From: Octopus vulgaris
Taxonomy: Eukaryota
DNA length: 64,000 nt
Direction: 5' to 3'
Assembly: GCA_951406725.2 (NCBI GenBank)
Contig: OX597837.1
Coordinates: 37,324,001-37,388,000 of the forward strand
Shown piece by piece: positions 12,972 to 24,711 of this stretch. A program made the position numbers and the translations under genes. The notes beneath the pieces were generated by a model. It ran no database searches and had not been told where the DNA came from. It worked only from the letters and a program-made list of their open reading frames with translations. The first letter of the stretch is position 1. Every line of letters begins with the position of its first letter.

Positions 12972-13662
12972 CTGGAAAAAAAAAAAACAACAAAACAACG
13001 GAAGATAACAAAACAAATATTAATAAAAAAAAAACAAAAGAAAAACCCAAAGAATTCTTCCAAATTTTCAAACATATTTGGTCAAAATTACTTTTTTCCG
13101 AAAATATACAGAACAATCTTCTCTGGTTTGTGTTCTTAGAATGGAATCTACACCCAGAGAATGGTCAAACAATATGCGGAAATCACAGCTTTAACAAAAA
13201 AACGGGGGAAAGGAAAAAAATCAAAAAAATCTTAAGAATTAAAAAAAAAAATTTAAATTTAATCAAATATAAGTTATATTTAAAAAGAAAAAAACAACAA
13301 CAAAAATATTAATAAATAAATTAATTTAAACAAAAAATATATAATAAAAACAATAAAAAAACAAATAAATAAGATCAAAAAACCACAGGATTTTTTTTGT
13401 TTTTCACAGAAGTAGCAGTTTTAAGGAATGATTAACAGTGCATGTATTGGTAGTTTAGTTTTTTTTTTTTTTTGTTTTATGCGTTGTTAATGTTTAACCC
13501 CAGGCAAAAAACCACATTGAGGAGGTTATGATCATAGACACACCAGTCTTGACCATCCAGTCTTTTCTCCATCAATCTTTATTTTCTGTTGTGTGCACGC
13601 ACATATATATATTAACAATAACACTGATGGGCTGAGGTTTTCTACAGCTGTTTCAGATGTGT

Positions 13663-13701
<39 letters not shown>

Positions 13702-14089
13702 TGTTACTCTGTTGGTTGCAATGAGGGCTCCAGTTGATCCGGTCGGTGGAACCTGCTCGGGAAGTTAACATGCAAGTGGCCGAGTACCCCCACAGACACA
13801 CATACCCTTAATGTGGTTCTTAGAGATATTCAGCATTACACAGAACGTGACAAAGCTAGCCCCTGTGTAATTACAGGTACAACTTAGTTTTGCCAGCTGA
13901 GTGGACTGAAGCAAGGTGAAATGAAGTGTCTCGCTCAAGGACCTTATGATTATAAGATGAATACTTTAACCATGAAGCTATGAGCCGGCTCTGTATATAT
14001 CTGTGTATGTACACACACATACACACAACAGCCAACAACAGGCGTGGACTTTCCCTATAAATCTTTGTTCACAAAGCCCAAGCCATGGA

Positions 14090-14200
14090 TGGATATATAT
14101 TTTATGTATGTGTGTGTGTATGTATATATACATATGTGTGTGTATGTATATATACATATGTGTGTGTATGTATATATACATGTGTGTGTGTGTGTGTATG

Positions 14201-14233
<33 letters not shown>

Positions 14234-14510
14234 GTGTGTGTGTGTGTATATATGTATGTATGTATATATAGATACATATATATATACATACTTGTGTATG
14301 TATGTATATGTATGTGTGTATATGTACGTATATATGCATATATGTATGTAGGTATATGTATGCATATATATATATGTATATATGCATATATGTATATGTA
14401 TGTATGTAGGTATATGTATATATACATGTATGTATGTATGTAGGTATATGTATATATACATGTATGTATGTTTATGTATATATACATGTATGTATAAGTA
14501 TATATATGCA
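14090..14510. repeat. Degenerate (AT/GT)n microsatellite tract
   Basis: Simple repeat. Similar tracts lie at 15656-16000, 16460-16600, 32680-32920, 35415-36060 and 39330-40190. Confidence 0.95.
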
Positions 14511-14596
14511 TGACCATTAAATTAATACACTGCATTTGTTCTTTTTCCTGTTTTTTTTTTGTATATTTTTGAACCATAATATATAGATATATACAG

Positions 14597-14637
<41 letters not shown>

Positions 14638-14689
14638 TCCATACATGGGACCAAGAAACCATGCTGGTACTATGGAGGACATTGGTCCT

Positions 14690-15130
14690 CAGCTGCAGCT
14701 GGGCTGTTGCTCTCAACTGTGGCCCCCTTTACACTCTAGGATTAACAGCAGAACTTGAGGCGGTTCAGTGATACTAGACAAGGAAGATTGCATCAATGGA
14801 ACAGTTGAGCTACTGGGAGAGACTGAAAGACCTACGACTCTACTCCCTGGAGCGAATTTGGGGCATGTATGCATTGCTATATGTGTGGAAGATACTGGAG
14901 GGGCTGGCGCCAAACTTTGGAACTGAGTTATACCAGACCTCCAATTGGATGTCACTGCAATGGCTTGGGATTCAAGGGCCCACAGCTATTTAACTCCTTG
15001 CCAAAACATCTGAGGGATCTCCATGGAGTGGGGGTAGATATTTTCAAGAAAAAAACTTGACCTCTTGCTATCCAAGATCCCAGATGAACCAATATCAAGG
15101 CAGGAAACTCAAAAGAGGGCAGCGGTATTG
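14690..15130 (+). mobile_element. CR1-group LINE 3' fragment
   Basis: LSYWERLKDLRLYSLER...YVWKILEGLAPN and GPQLFNSLPKHLRDL...VDIFKKK, frameshifted. Confidence 0.8.
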
Positions 15131-15231
15131 AACTAAAAGCCGATCCCCTAGAATTGGCCAATTAAAAAGTCATTACACTGGCAGCGCTCCAGCATGGCCA
15201 TAGCCTCAAGGCTGAAACATATAAAAGAACA

Positions 15232-15263
<32 letters not shown>

Positions 15264-15266
<3 letters not shown>

Positions 15267-15655
15267 GTACGTGCTGTCAGTAATTACTCAGGGTAGGCAG
15301 TAGGTGACATTTATGTAATAAAACGCACAAAAAAGATAAACAAAACACAGGCGTGCGACTGAGTTGGAGGCAGGTTTACTTCTGCCTTTATAGCACGTAA
15401 AGAAAACGGTGTTGTAGGAGTGTACTCAGCACGTGTACTACAGCAGTACTAAGCATAGCTTAAATACTGAGACTGAAAAGCAGGGGAGAATTATGCCTAC
15501 CTAATCTACAAAAAAAAAATAATAAATAAAACATTTTGTATTTTATGCATAATAATCAGAGTAACCTTCACAATTTTATTGAATTAGGGGCATATTTTGC
15601 CATAAAAGGAAAATTCTACTATTGATCTACTTGATTCCAGATAGGCACGTCCCTG
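15264..15655. mobile_element. Probable hAT-like non-autonomous DNA transposon
   Basis: TIRs CAGGTACGTGC and GCACGTCCCTG (10/11 match); inserted in (AT)n with 8-bp flanks ATATATAT/ATAAATAT. Confidence 0.6.
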
Positions 15656-15885
15656 ATAAATATATATATACACACACACACACATATATACACACACACA
15701 TATATACACACACACATATATACACACACACATATATAGACACACACAGACACACACACATATATATATATATATACACACAGACACACACACATATATA
15801 TATACACACACGCACATATATATATATATACATATATATATACACATATATATATATATATATACACACACACATATATATACAT

Positions 15886-15921
<36 letters not shown>

Positions 15922-16994
15922 ACACACACATATGTATATATACACACACATATATATATACACTACACACACACACATACACACACATTTATATACAAAT
16001 ATCATTATTCTAAATTGTTTTTTGTTTGTTGTTGTTTTTTTTTACGCTTATTGGATGGGTTGGTTCATTGCAGGAATAATTGTTTTTACAGTTGAATGAT
16101 ATGTCAATTTCCAATCAAGAACCAATCAACCGTGAAGCAGTGAGAGAGAGAGAGAGAGATAGAGATGGAGGTGGGGAAGTAATTTTATTCATCCGTGTGT
16201 TGTTGTGGTTATTATTATTTCTGTTATATTTTTTTTGTGTGTTTGTGAAGTCAAGAAAAGCTGCAGACCATGCAGAGTTGTGTACCTTGCTCACAAGCCC
16301 AATTCAAAAGGCTACACTAAGATTTGAACTCATGACCATATTGTCAGCAGACCAACACCCCCCTTAACCTCACAGCCATTTTGTTTTTAATATATGTGCG
16401 TGAGTATGATGTAGGTGTCTGTCTGTGTGTCTGTGTGAGTGTTATTCTTGCAAGTAATTATACACACGTATATACATATATATATATATATATATATACA
16501 CACATGCATATATACATACATATATATACACACACACATGCATAATATGTGTGTATATGTACATATATATATATGTATACATACAAAATATAAATATATA
16601 TATATTTTTTTTTTTGCCAATAACTTGCAGATGCAAGTGGTACCAGTTGAAAGTCCTGCATACTTGATACTAGCAAGTTTAAGGGGTCACCAGGAGAGAA
16701 TGTGTGCCATTTCGGGGCCTTATTCTCGACAGCATCATCGTGCACATGGCTATCCCCACTCCCTGAAATGAGACCCTGCTTGCTAGATCAACTGGTTAGT
16801 AGGTTTATATATACATACATACATACGTACATATATATATATACACATATATATATAATGTATTTAATGGCATATGAGACACACTTTTCAAAAAGATGTC
16901 TCAAATCACCCCAGGTAAGCTAATTTTGAATCCAATTCTAAATATGCGCTGTTGAATTGATGCATCTTTTATGCCATTAAATATGATTATATAT

Positions 16995-17320
16995 ATGTAG
17001 ATAGATGGATATATAGATAGATAAGCAGGAAATGGATCGATAGATAGACAGATAATTAGACAAATCAATAGACAGACAGATAGATATATTGATAGATAGA
17101 AAAGTAAGTAGAAAGGTGAACAAATCGACAGACAGGTAGATAGGTAGGTAGATAAACAGACAGACAGATAGCTAGGTAAGTAGATAGATACACAGATCAA
17201 TAGACAGACGGATGGATGGATAGACAAATAGATAGGTGTATAGACAGGTAAGTAGATAGCTACACAGATAGACAGACAGATGGATGGATGGATAGATAGA
17301 TAGATAGATGGATAGATAGT
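16995..17320. repeat. (GATA/GACA)n tetranucleotide repeat
   Basis: Simple repeat; an opposite-strand equivalent lies at 29770-30080. Confidence 0.9.
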
Positions 17321-17677
17321 TAGGAAGCTTTATTACAGTAACAAGCATTCATTCTAAGAGTGGAAAATTGCGGAGTGCTGTGTCGATTGAGCAGTGGACA
17401 GAATAAAGTTTTCTTAATTGTTGTATAGTCATGTTGTTGTTGTTGTTGTCGTCAGGGTGGTTTATAGAACAAACCGAACCGAAATTTATCTGACAGGTAC
17501 ATAACGCAGTTCATAGAATGCCAGCAAATGTTTCAACAGCAGTTGTTACACAAGTTCAAGTCTGACCACTGCTTTGCTCATGTACTAATGATAGTCACAA
17601 CAACAACAACAATTACAGTGATGATGATGATGATGATGATGATGAAAACAATAACAATAATAATAATAATAATAATT

Positions 17678-20600
17678 ACTGTTTCTACTATAGGCACAAG
17701 GCCTGAAATGTTGGTGGGGCACGGCCAGTTGAACCTACTGACCCCAGTATGTAACTGGTACTTATTTCATCAACCCCGAAAGGATGAAAGGCAAAGTCGA
17801 CCTCGGCAGAATTTGAACTCAGAACGTAAGGACGGATGAAATGCTGCTAAGCATTTTGCCCGGTGTGCTAACGATTCTGCCAGCGTGCTGCCTTAATAAT
17901 AATAATAATGATCCTTTCTACTACAGGCACAAGAGCAGAAATTTGGTGGGGAGGGGACAAGTTGATTGCATTGACCCCAGTTGTTTCACTGGTACTTAAT
18001 TTATTGACCCCGAAAGGATGAAAGGCAAAGTCCACCTTGGCAGAATTTGAGTCCAGAATGTAAAAATGGATGAAATGCCCAGCGTGCAAATGATTCTGTC
18101 AGCTCATCACCTTAATAATAATAATAATAATATCATCCTCAAGCAACCCTTATTCAGGGACCTTTTCAGTAAGATGGGCTACTCGACCTGAAGAAGATTC
18201 TCACTTGGCTCCACCTGCAAGCAAGGTCAGGTGCTGTTTATCTTGATATGAAATTACCATGTGGCGCACATATGGTTGTGATGCATGTGCCTGGTGTGCC
18301 ATTATCAGACGGGTAGTCATGATGGGTATATTGGGCTTTGTTATAATTGTACCCCAGTGTCACTTTGATGGCATATGTTGTTCTCTCGCTCAATAATAAT
18401 AATAATAATAATAATAATAATTTTTGCTATTGGCACAAAGTTTGAAATTTAAGGGGTGGAGGCTAGTCAATTTCATTGATCCCAGTACGCAACTGGTACT
18501 TATTTTATTGTCCCCCAAATGGATGAAAGGAAAAGTCAACCTTGGCAGAATTTGAACTCAGAATGTAAAGAGCTTGAAGAAATGCTGCTAACCATTCTGC
18601 CAATTTGCAACCTTTTATTATTATTATTATTGTTGTTGTTGTTATAACCCTTTCTATTATAGGCACAAGGCCTGAAATTTCGGGGGAGGTGGTAAGTCGA
18701 TTTTATTAACCACAGTGCATGACAGGTATTCTATTTTATTTAAACTGAAGGCATGAAAGGCAAAGTCAACCTTAGCAGAATTTGAACCCAGAACGTAAAG
18801 AACTTTTTGTCTGGCATGCTACCAATTCTGCCAGCTTGCCACCCCAAAAGATAATCAGAATAACAATGGTTCCTGATTTCAGTTTAAGGCCAGTAATTTT
18901 GAGGGGAAGGGAAACGACCAATATTGTCAATCGCAATATTTGACTGATACTTTTATCGTATTGACCTCGAACGGACAAAAGGCAAAATTGATCTCGGCAG
19001 CATTTGAACTCAGAACATAAAGGTCCAGAGAAAAAAACTGCTGGGCATTTTTTTCTAATGCTCTAAATAAGTCTGCCAGTTTGACACCTTTAATAATACA
19101 GCACAAGGTGAGAAATTTTGAAGGGAGGGGTTAGTCCCTTTTTCATTGAACCCAGTATTTCACTGAGACTTTAGTTTATTGACTCCGAAAGGATGAAAGG
19201 TAGTCGACCTTGGAAGAATTTCAGCTTAAAAGAAACAAAGAATTCCGCCAAGATCAACAAGGCCAGAAATTTTGGCAGGAGAGAATATTTAATTATATTG
19301 AGCCCAATTCGTGACGGGTATATTATTTTATCAACCCTTGAGGAGAAGAAAGGCAAAATTGATCTTGACGGGTTTTGAACTCTGAATGTAAAGAACCAAA
19401 CGAAATAGCCCATTTTGACTCTCTAACTATTCATCCAGTTCAATAATAATAATAATAATAATCCTTTTTACTGGAGGCATAAGGCCTGAAATTTTACGGG
19501 GAGGGGACCAGTTGATTACATCAACCCCAGTTTTTAATTGGTACTTAATTTATCGACCCCAAAAGGACAAAAGGAAAAGTCAACCTCAGTGGAATTTGAA
19601 CTTTGAATGTAGGGACAGGTGAAATACCAGTAAGCATTTCACCTGGTATACTAACGATTCTACCAGCTCGCTACTTTATCAATAATAATAATAATAATAA
19701 TAATAATCCTTTCTATGATGGGCAGAAGGCTGAAATTTTGATGGAGTGGGTTGTCAGTTACATTGATTCCAGTACACAACTGGTACTTATTTAATCGACT
19801 CTGAAAGGATGAAAGGCAAAGTTGACCATGGCAGAATTTGAACTCAGAACAGGAAGGTTAACGAAAAGCTGCTAAACATTTCACCCAGCATGCTAATGAT
19901 TCTGCCAGCTTGCCACCTTCTCAATAATAATAATAATGATAATAATAATAATAATAATCCTTTCTGCTATAGGTACAAAGCCTGAAATTTGGGGGAGGGG
20001 ACTAGTTGATGTAATCAACCCCAGTATTTCACTGGTACTTTATCGACCCCGAAAAGGATGAAAGGCAAAGTTGACCCTGGTGGAATTTGAACTCAGAATG
20101 TAGCGACAGATGAAATAGCACAAAGCATTTTGCCCGACGTTCTAACGATTCTGCCAGCTCGCCACCTTCTTAGTAATAATGGTAATAATAATAATAATAA
20201 TAATAATTATGATGAGTATGATTGATGCTAGTAATGATGATGATGATGATGCTGGCATTAGTATCATTGACAAAGTTGATGTTTGACCCTGACATTGGTA
20301 AAGATGTCAGGAACAACGATGATGATGATGTTGATGATGATAGTGGTGGTGGTGCTGGTAGCGATCACAATGATGGTGGTGGTGATGGTGATGATGATGA
20401 TGCTAATGCTGATGATGCAGAAGGTATAAGAGATCTGTTCTACATCAAGAATTTCCACTGCCACAGCATCCCCCGCTTCTAACTGTACGTGTGTTCAAGT
20501 TTATTTTGCCGCCGGGACCGTTTTCCAGGCTGTTCTCACCACCGAATCTCTTCTTCAAATCCTGCAATGTTGTTGATGTTGGTATTGTTGTTGTTGTTGG

Positions 20601-21540
20601 TAGAGGTGGTTGCAGGCGATGGGCAATGGAAGAAAGAAAAAGACAAAACAAAAATGTTAATTACAGAGTTTAATGAATCAATCAACAACAAAAAAACAAC
20701 AACAGTAACGATAATGACAGTGTTAAATTTTGGCACAGGGCCAGTAGTTTTTGAGGGACGGGGCAAGTCGATTACATTGACCCCCAGCACATGACTGGTA
20801 CTTATTTTATCGACTCAGAAATGATGAAAGGCAAAGTCGACCTCGGTGGAATTTGAACTCAGAATGTAAGGACAGATGAAATGCCACAAAGCATTCTACC
20901 CAGCTTCCTAATGATTCTGCCACCTCACTGCCTTAATAATAATAATAATAATAATTATTATTTCTATTAAAGGCACATGGCCTGAAATTTGGTGGGGACA
21001 GGACTAGTCAATTACATCAACCCCAGTATTTCACTGGTACATATTTTATTGATCCCAAAAGGATGAAAGGCAAAGTCGACCTCAGTGGAATTTGAACTCA
21101 GAACACAAGGACAAATGAAATGCCGCTAATTATTTAGCCTGGTGTGCTAATGTTTCTACCAGCAATCCTTTCTACTATAGGCACAAGGCCTGAAATTTTG
21201 GTGGTGGGGGCTAGTCAGTTACATTGACCCCAGTGCATAACTGGTACTTATTTCATCGCTGCCACCCCCAAAGGACAACAGGCAAAGTTAACCTCAGCAG
21301 AATTTGAACTCAGAATGTAAGGTCAGCCGAAATGCTGTTAAGCATTTTGTCCAGTGTGTTAATGACTTTGCCACCTCACCAGCTTAAACAACAACAATAA
21401 TAATAATAATAATAATCCTTTCTACTATAAGCAGAAGGCCTGGAATTTGTGGGGAGGGGAATAATTGATTACATTGACCCTCAGTACTTGACCGGCACTT
21501 TATTTATCGACCTTGAAAGGATGAAAAGCAAAATCGACCC
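17678..21540 (-). mobile_element. Head-to-tail cluster of about 13-14 diverged SINE-B copies separated by (AAT)n
   Basis: Recurrent GAAAGGATGAAAGGCAAAGTCGACC...GAATTTGAACTCAGAA, all in the same orientation; the cluster encloses the Rab terminal exon. Confidence 0.88.
20445..20561 (-). CDS. RAB43: Rab43 terminal coding exon (hypervariable tail with CC motif)
   Basis: Acceptor ACATTGCAG|GAT, phase 0. Translates DLKKRFGGENSLENGPGGKINLNTRTVRSGGCCGSGNS*, which continues helix 5 and has a Gly-rich tail, a di-cysteine and a TGA stop. Confidence 0.85.
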   Translation of the reverse strand, partial: DLKKRFGGENSLENGPGGKINLNTRTVRSGGCCGSGNS

Positions 21541-21822
21541 CTGTTGTACTCTTTCGCTCCAACTTTCTCTTGCTTTTTCTTCCTGTTTCTTGTCCCCGAC
21601 TTCCTACGCAACCGCTGAGCCCTGATGCGCATTCATCCATCGGTCGATGCTCTCAGTGTCGGAGGTTGATCTGCTTTCTCTTCTGCGGGTCTTACGAATA
21701 GCAAAGGACCACGTTTGAGACTTCTCCCACTACAGACATGGGACGAAGACCGCTTCGCTCAACAAACAAACCAACAGCAACAACAACAACAACATTACTT
21801 AACAAAACAAGCACATGTTTAC

Positions 21823-21968
21823 CTTAGCCATTCGTAGAAATGCTTCGTCAATGTTGGTATTTTCTTTAGCGCTGGTCTCAATTGCATCCAGCATGGAGCA
21901 ATGTTGTGCGTATGCTTTGGCTTCAGCGACGCTTACTTCTCGTAGATGTTCTAAATCTTGTTTGTTTC
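21823..21968 (-). CDS. RAB43: Rab43/Rab19-family GTPase, internal coding exon (G4/G5 boxes); missed by the ORF track
   Basis: Translates (G)[48 protein letters not shown], with NKxD and ETSAK motifs. Acceptor TTTGCAG|GA, donor AAG|GTAAAC; 146 bp, phase-compatible with the upstream exon. Confidence 0.95.
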
Positions 21969-22929
21969 CTGCAAATAATAAGGTTAGTGGTTGTTTAAAG
22001 GGACACCTTCACACAGGGGTTATAGTTTAAGTATCAAAATCGAAATCGATCAACATCAATGGAAATTGTAGCTATGATACCATTGCTGGTGGCACGTAAG
22101 AGAACCATCCGAACATGGCTGTTGCCAGCGCCACCCCGACTGGCCTCCATGCCGGTGGCACGTAAAAAGCACCATCCAATCATGGCCGTTTGCCAGCCTC
22201 ATCTGGCACGTAAAAAGCACCCACTATACTCTCGGAGTGGTTGGCGTTAGGAAGGGCATCCAGCTGTAGAAACATTGCCAAATCAGACTGGGCCTGGTGC
22301 AGCCTTCTGGCTTCCCAGACCCCAGTTGAACCGTCCAACCCATGCCAGCATGGAAAGCAGATGCTAAACGATGATGATGATAACCGTTGTCTTCAAGTCA
22401 AGTTTTCTCAGATTCACATGACTCGCCTATATTAATCCCCATCCATTTCTATCTTTTACATGGTGCAGGCACCACGTAAAAGGCACCCAGTACATTTTGT
22501 AAAGTGGCTGGCGTTAGGAAGGGCATCCAGGTGTAGAAACCATGCTACACAGATGACTGGAGATTGGTGCAGACCTCTGGCTTGCTAGCTTCTGTCAAAC
22601 TGTCCAACCCATGCCAGCATGGGAAACAGATGTTATATGATGACGATGATGACAGCATGATGGTTCCCCTCAGTGGATGTAATACAAAATATTGTCATCC
22701 AGTTATGATATCTTAATAATTATGTGATATAATAATGTCATGGTGTCAATATTTTAACTATTTATTTCAAATTCCTCCAAGGTTGACTTTGCCTTTCATC
22801 CTTTCGGCAGTCGATAAATTAAGTACCAGTTGCATACAGGGGTCAATCTAATCGACTGCCCCTCCCTAAAAATTTCGGGCCTTGTGCCCAGAGCAGAAAA
22901 GAATAGTTCAACTATTTATGACTATTTAT

Positions 22930-23110
22930 GACAAGCCAACCAACGGGAGACCTTGGGAGAGAGCAAGAACAAGACCGATGGACAATATTCACCAACTCAA
23001 CTGGTCAAGCTTGGGTGTCCAGCCAGGAAGTGTAATGATGGTTGCTTATTATAGAACCCCATGGAGGAGGTACCTGAGGACTCTACTCCAACAAACTGAG
23101 GAAGAGTTGG
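22930..23110 (+). mobile_element. RTE-type LINE C-terminal fragment
   Basis: KPTNGRPWERARTRPMDNIHQLNWSSLGVQP...RTPWRRYL resembles the G.R..GRP..RW tail. Confidence 0.55.
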
Positions 23111-23965
23111 AGGAGAAGATGGATGGATACAATTATGATATCCCAGATATTTACTCTTTTACTTGTTTCAGTCATTTGACTGCAGCCATGCTGGAGCACC
23201 GCCTTTAATCGAGCAACTCGACCCCGGGACTTATTCTTTTGTAAGCCCAGTACTTATTCTATCGGTCTCTTTTGCCGAACCGCTAAGTAACGGGGACATA
23301 AACACACCAGCATCGGTTGCCAAGCAATGCTAGGGGGACACACACAAATACACACATGCACATATATATATATGTATACAATGGGCTTCTTTCAGTTTCC
23401 GTCTACCAAATCCACTCACAAGGCTTTGGTCGGCCCGAGGCTATAGAAGAAGACACTTGCCCAAGATGCCACGCAATGGGACTGAACCCAGAACCATGTG
23501 GTTGGTAAACAAGCTACTTACCACACAGCCACTCCCGCACCTTTATGGTGTAATGCTGATATCTTCACTGTTTCTTTAATGCCATTGTAATACCTTAATA
23601 ATATTCTGCCAGTGTTGACATCTTCCATGGGTAGGATAATTCATAGGGGCTTGCCAGGTGGAAAAACTACCCTATACTACCGTGTCTGTTTTGGCAGGGT
23701 TTTCATGGCTGGATGCCCTTTCTAACACCAACCACTCTGCAGAGTAGACTCAGTGCTTTTTACGTGGCACTAGCAGAGGCGAGGTTAGTTTTTGCACGAG
23801 TTTTACAGCTGGATGACCTTCCAAATGTCAATATAAGTTAGTTATGTGCATGAATGTATATGATGGGCTTCTTTCAGTTTCCACTACCAAATCCTCTCAA
23901 GACTTTGGTCAACCCAGGGCTATAATCAAAGACACTTGTCCAGACTTGTTATTCAAAATGGAATG

Positions 23966-24348
23966 GAAGCACTCCGTCGGTTACGACGATGAGGGTTCCG
24001 GTTGATCCGATCAACGGAACAGCCTGCTCGTGAAATTAACGTGTAAGTGGCTGAGCACTCCACAGACACGTGTACCCTTAACGTAGTTCTCGGGGATATT
24101 CAGTGTGACACAGAGAGTGACAAGGCCGGTCCCTTTGAAATACAGGTACAACAGAAACAGGAAGTAAGAGTGAGAGAAAGTTGTGGTGAAAGAGTACAGC
24201 AGGGATCACCACCATCCCCTGCCGGAGCCTCATGGAGCTTAAGGTGTTTTCGCTCAATAAACACTCACAACGCCCGGTCTGGGAATCGAAACCGCGATCC
24301 TACGTCCGCGAGTCTGCTGCCCTAACCACTGGGCCATTGCGCCTCCAC
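23966..24348 (-). mobile_element. tRNA-derived SINE family D, tail type 2, full length
   Basis: Head GTGGAGGCGCAATGGCCCAGTGGTTAGGG...GGTTTCGATTCCC; 13-bp TSD TCAAAATGGAATG at 23953-23965 and 24349-24361. Confidence 0.9.
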
Positions 24349-24527
24349 TCAAAATGGAATGCTAACTTATTAAATATGTAAGCACTAATCTATTGAATAT
24401 AATAATACAAACTTATTATTAAACATATTAACACCAGCTTAACTCTTCAATATGATAATACTAAAGTATAACTAAAATTGGCCAGGGATCAGCAGCTTAG
24501 CTATTAATTATGGAAGCACAAACTCAC

Positions 24528-24711
24528 CTAAAATTAGTTGCACTATGTTTGATCCTGCGTATTTCTTTACATCTTCCAACCACCGTGGAATATTGTCGAA
24601 TGAAGATCGTTTTGTCACATCGTAAGCAATGATCACACCGTTGGCACTTCTGTAATAACTCTGTGTGATTGTCCGAAATCTCTCCTGGCCAGCAGTGTCC
24701 CAAATCTGAAG
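24528..24711 (-). CDS. RAB43: Rab43/Rab19-family GTPase, internal coding exon (switch II region)
   Basis: Translates [61 protein letters not shown](G). It contains the G3 box WDTAGQE and the Rab43-like YAGSNIVQL motif. Acceptor TTTTACAG|CTT, donor TAG|GTGAGT; 184 bp, phase 0 to phase 1. Confidence 0.95.

Noticed and set aside
13978-16771. Many long ORFs rich in Y/I/H/T/C/V/M
   Set aside because: These are translations of (AT)n/(GT)n microsatellites; the same applies at 32615-33021, 35445-36103 and 39101-40259.
16631-16771. Plus-strand acceptor plus MQVVPVESPAY... frame; also a 48-bp exon-like piece at 16092-16139 with CCAAT motifs
   Set aside because: No recognisable homology and no consistent exon chain; indistinguishable from chance without transcript data.
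17678-21540. CRISPR-like repeat/spacer periodicity
   Set aside because: The units are ~200-250-bp diverged SINEs in a eukaryotic intron; there are no short identical repeats or cas genes.
24270-24348. tRNA-like sequences (also at 11030-11104 and the SINE-A/B/E heads)
   Set aside because: These are SINE heads continuing into SINE bodies with TSDs, not stand-alone tRNA genes.
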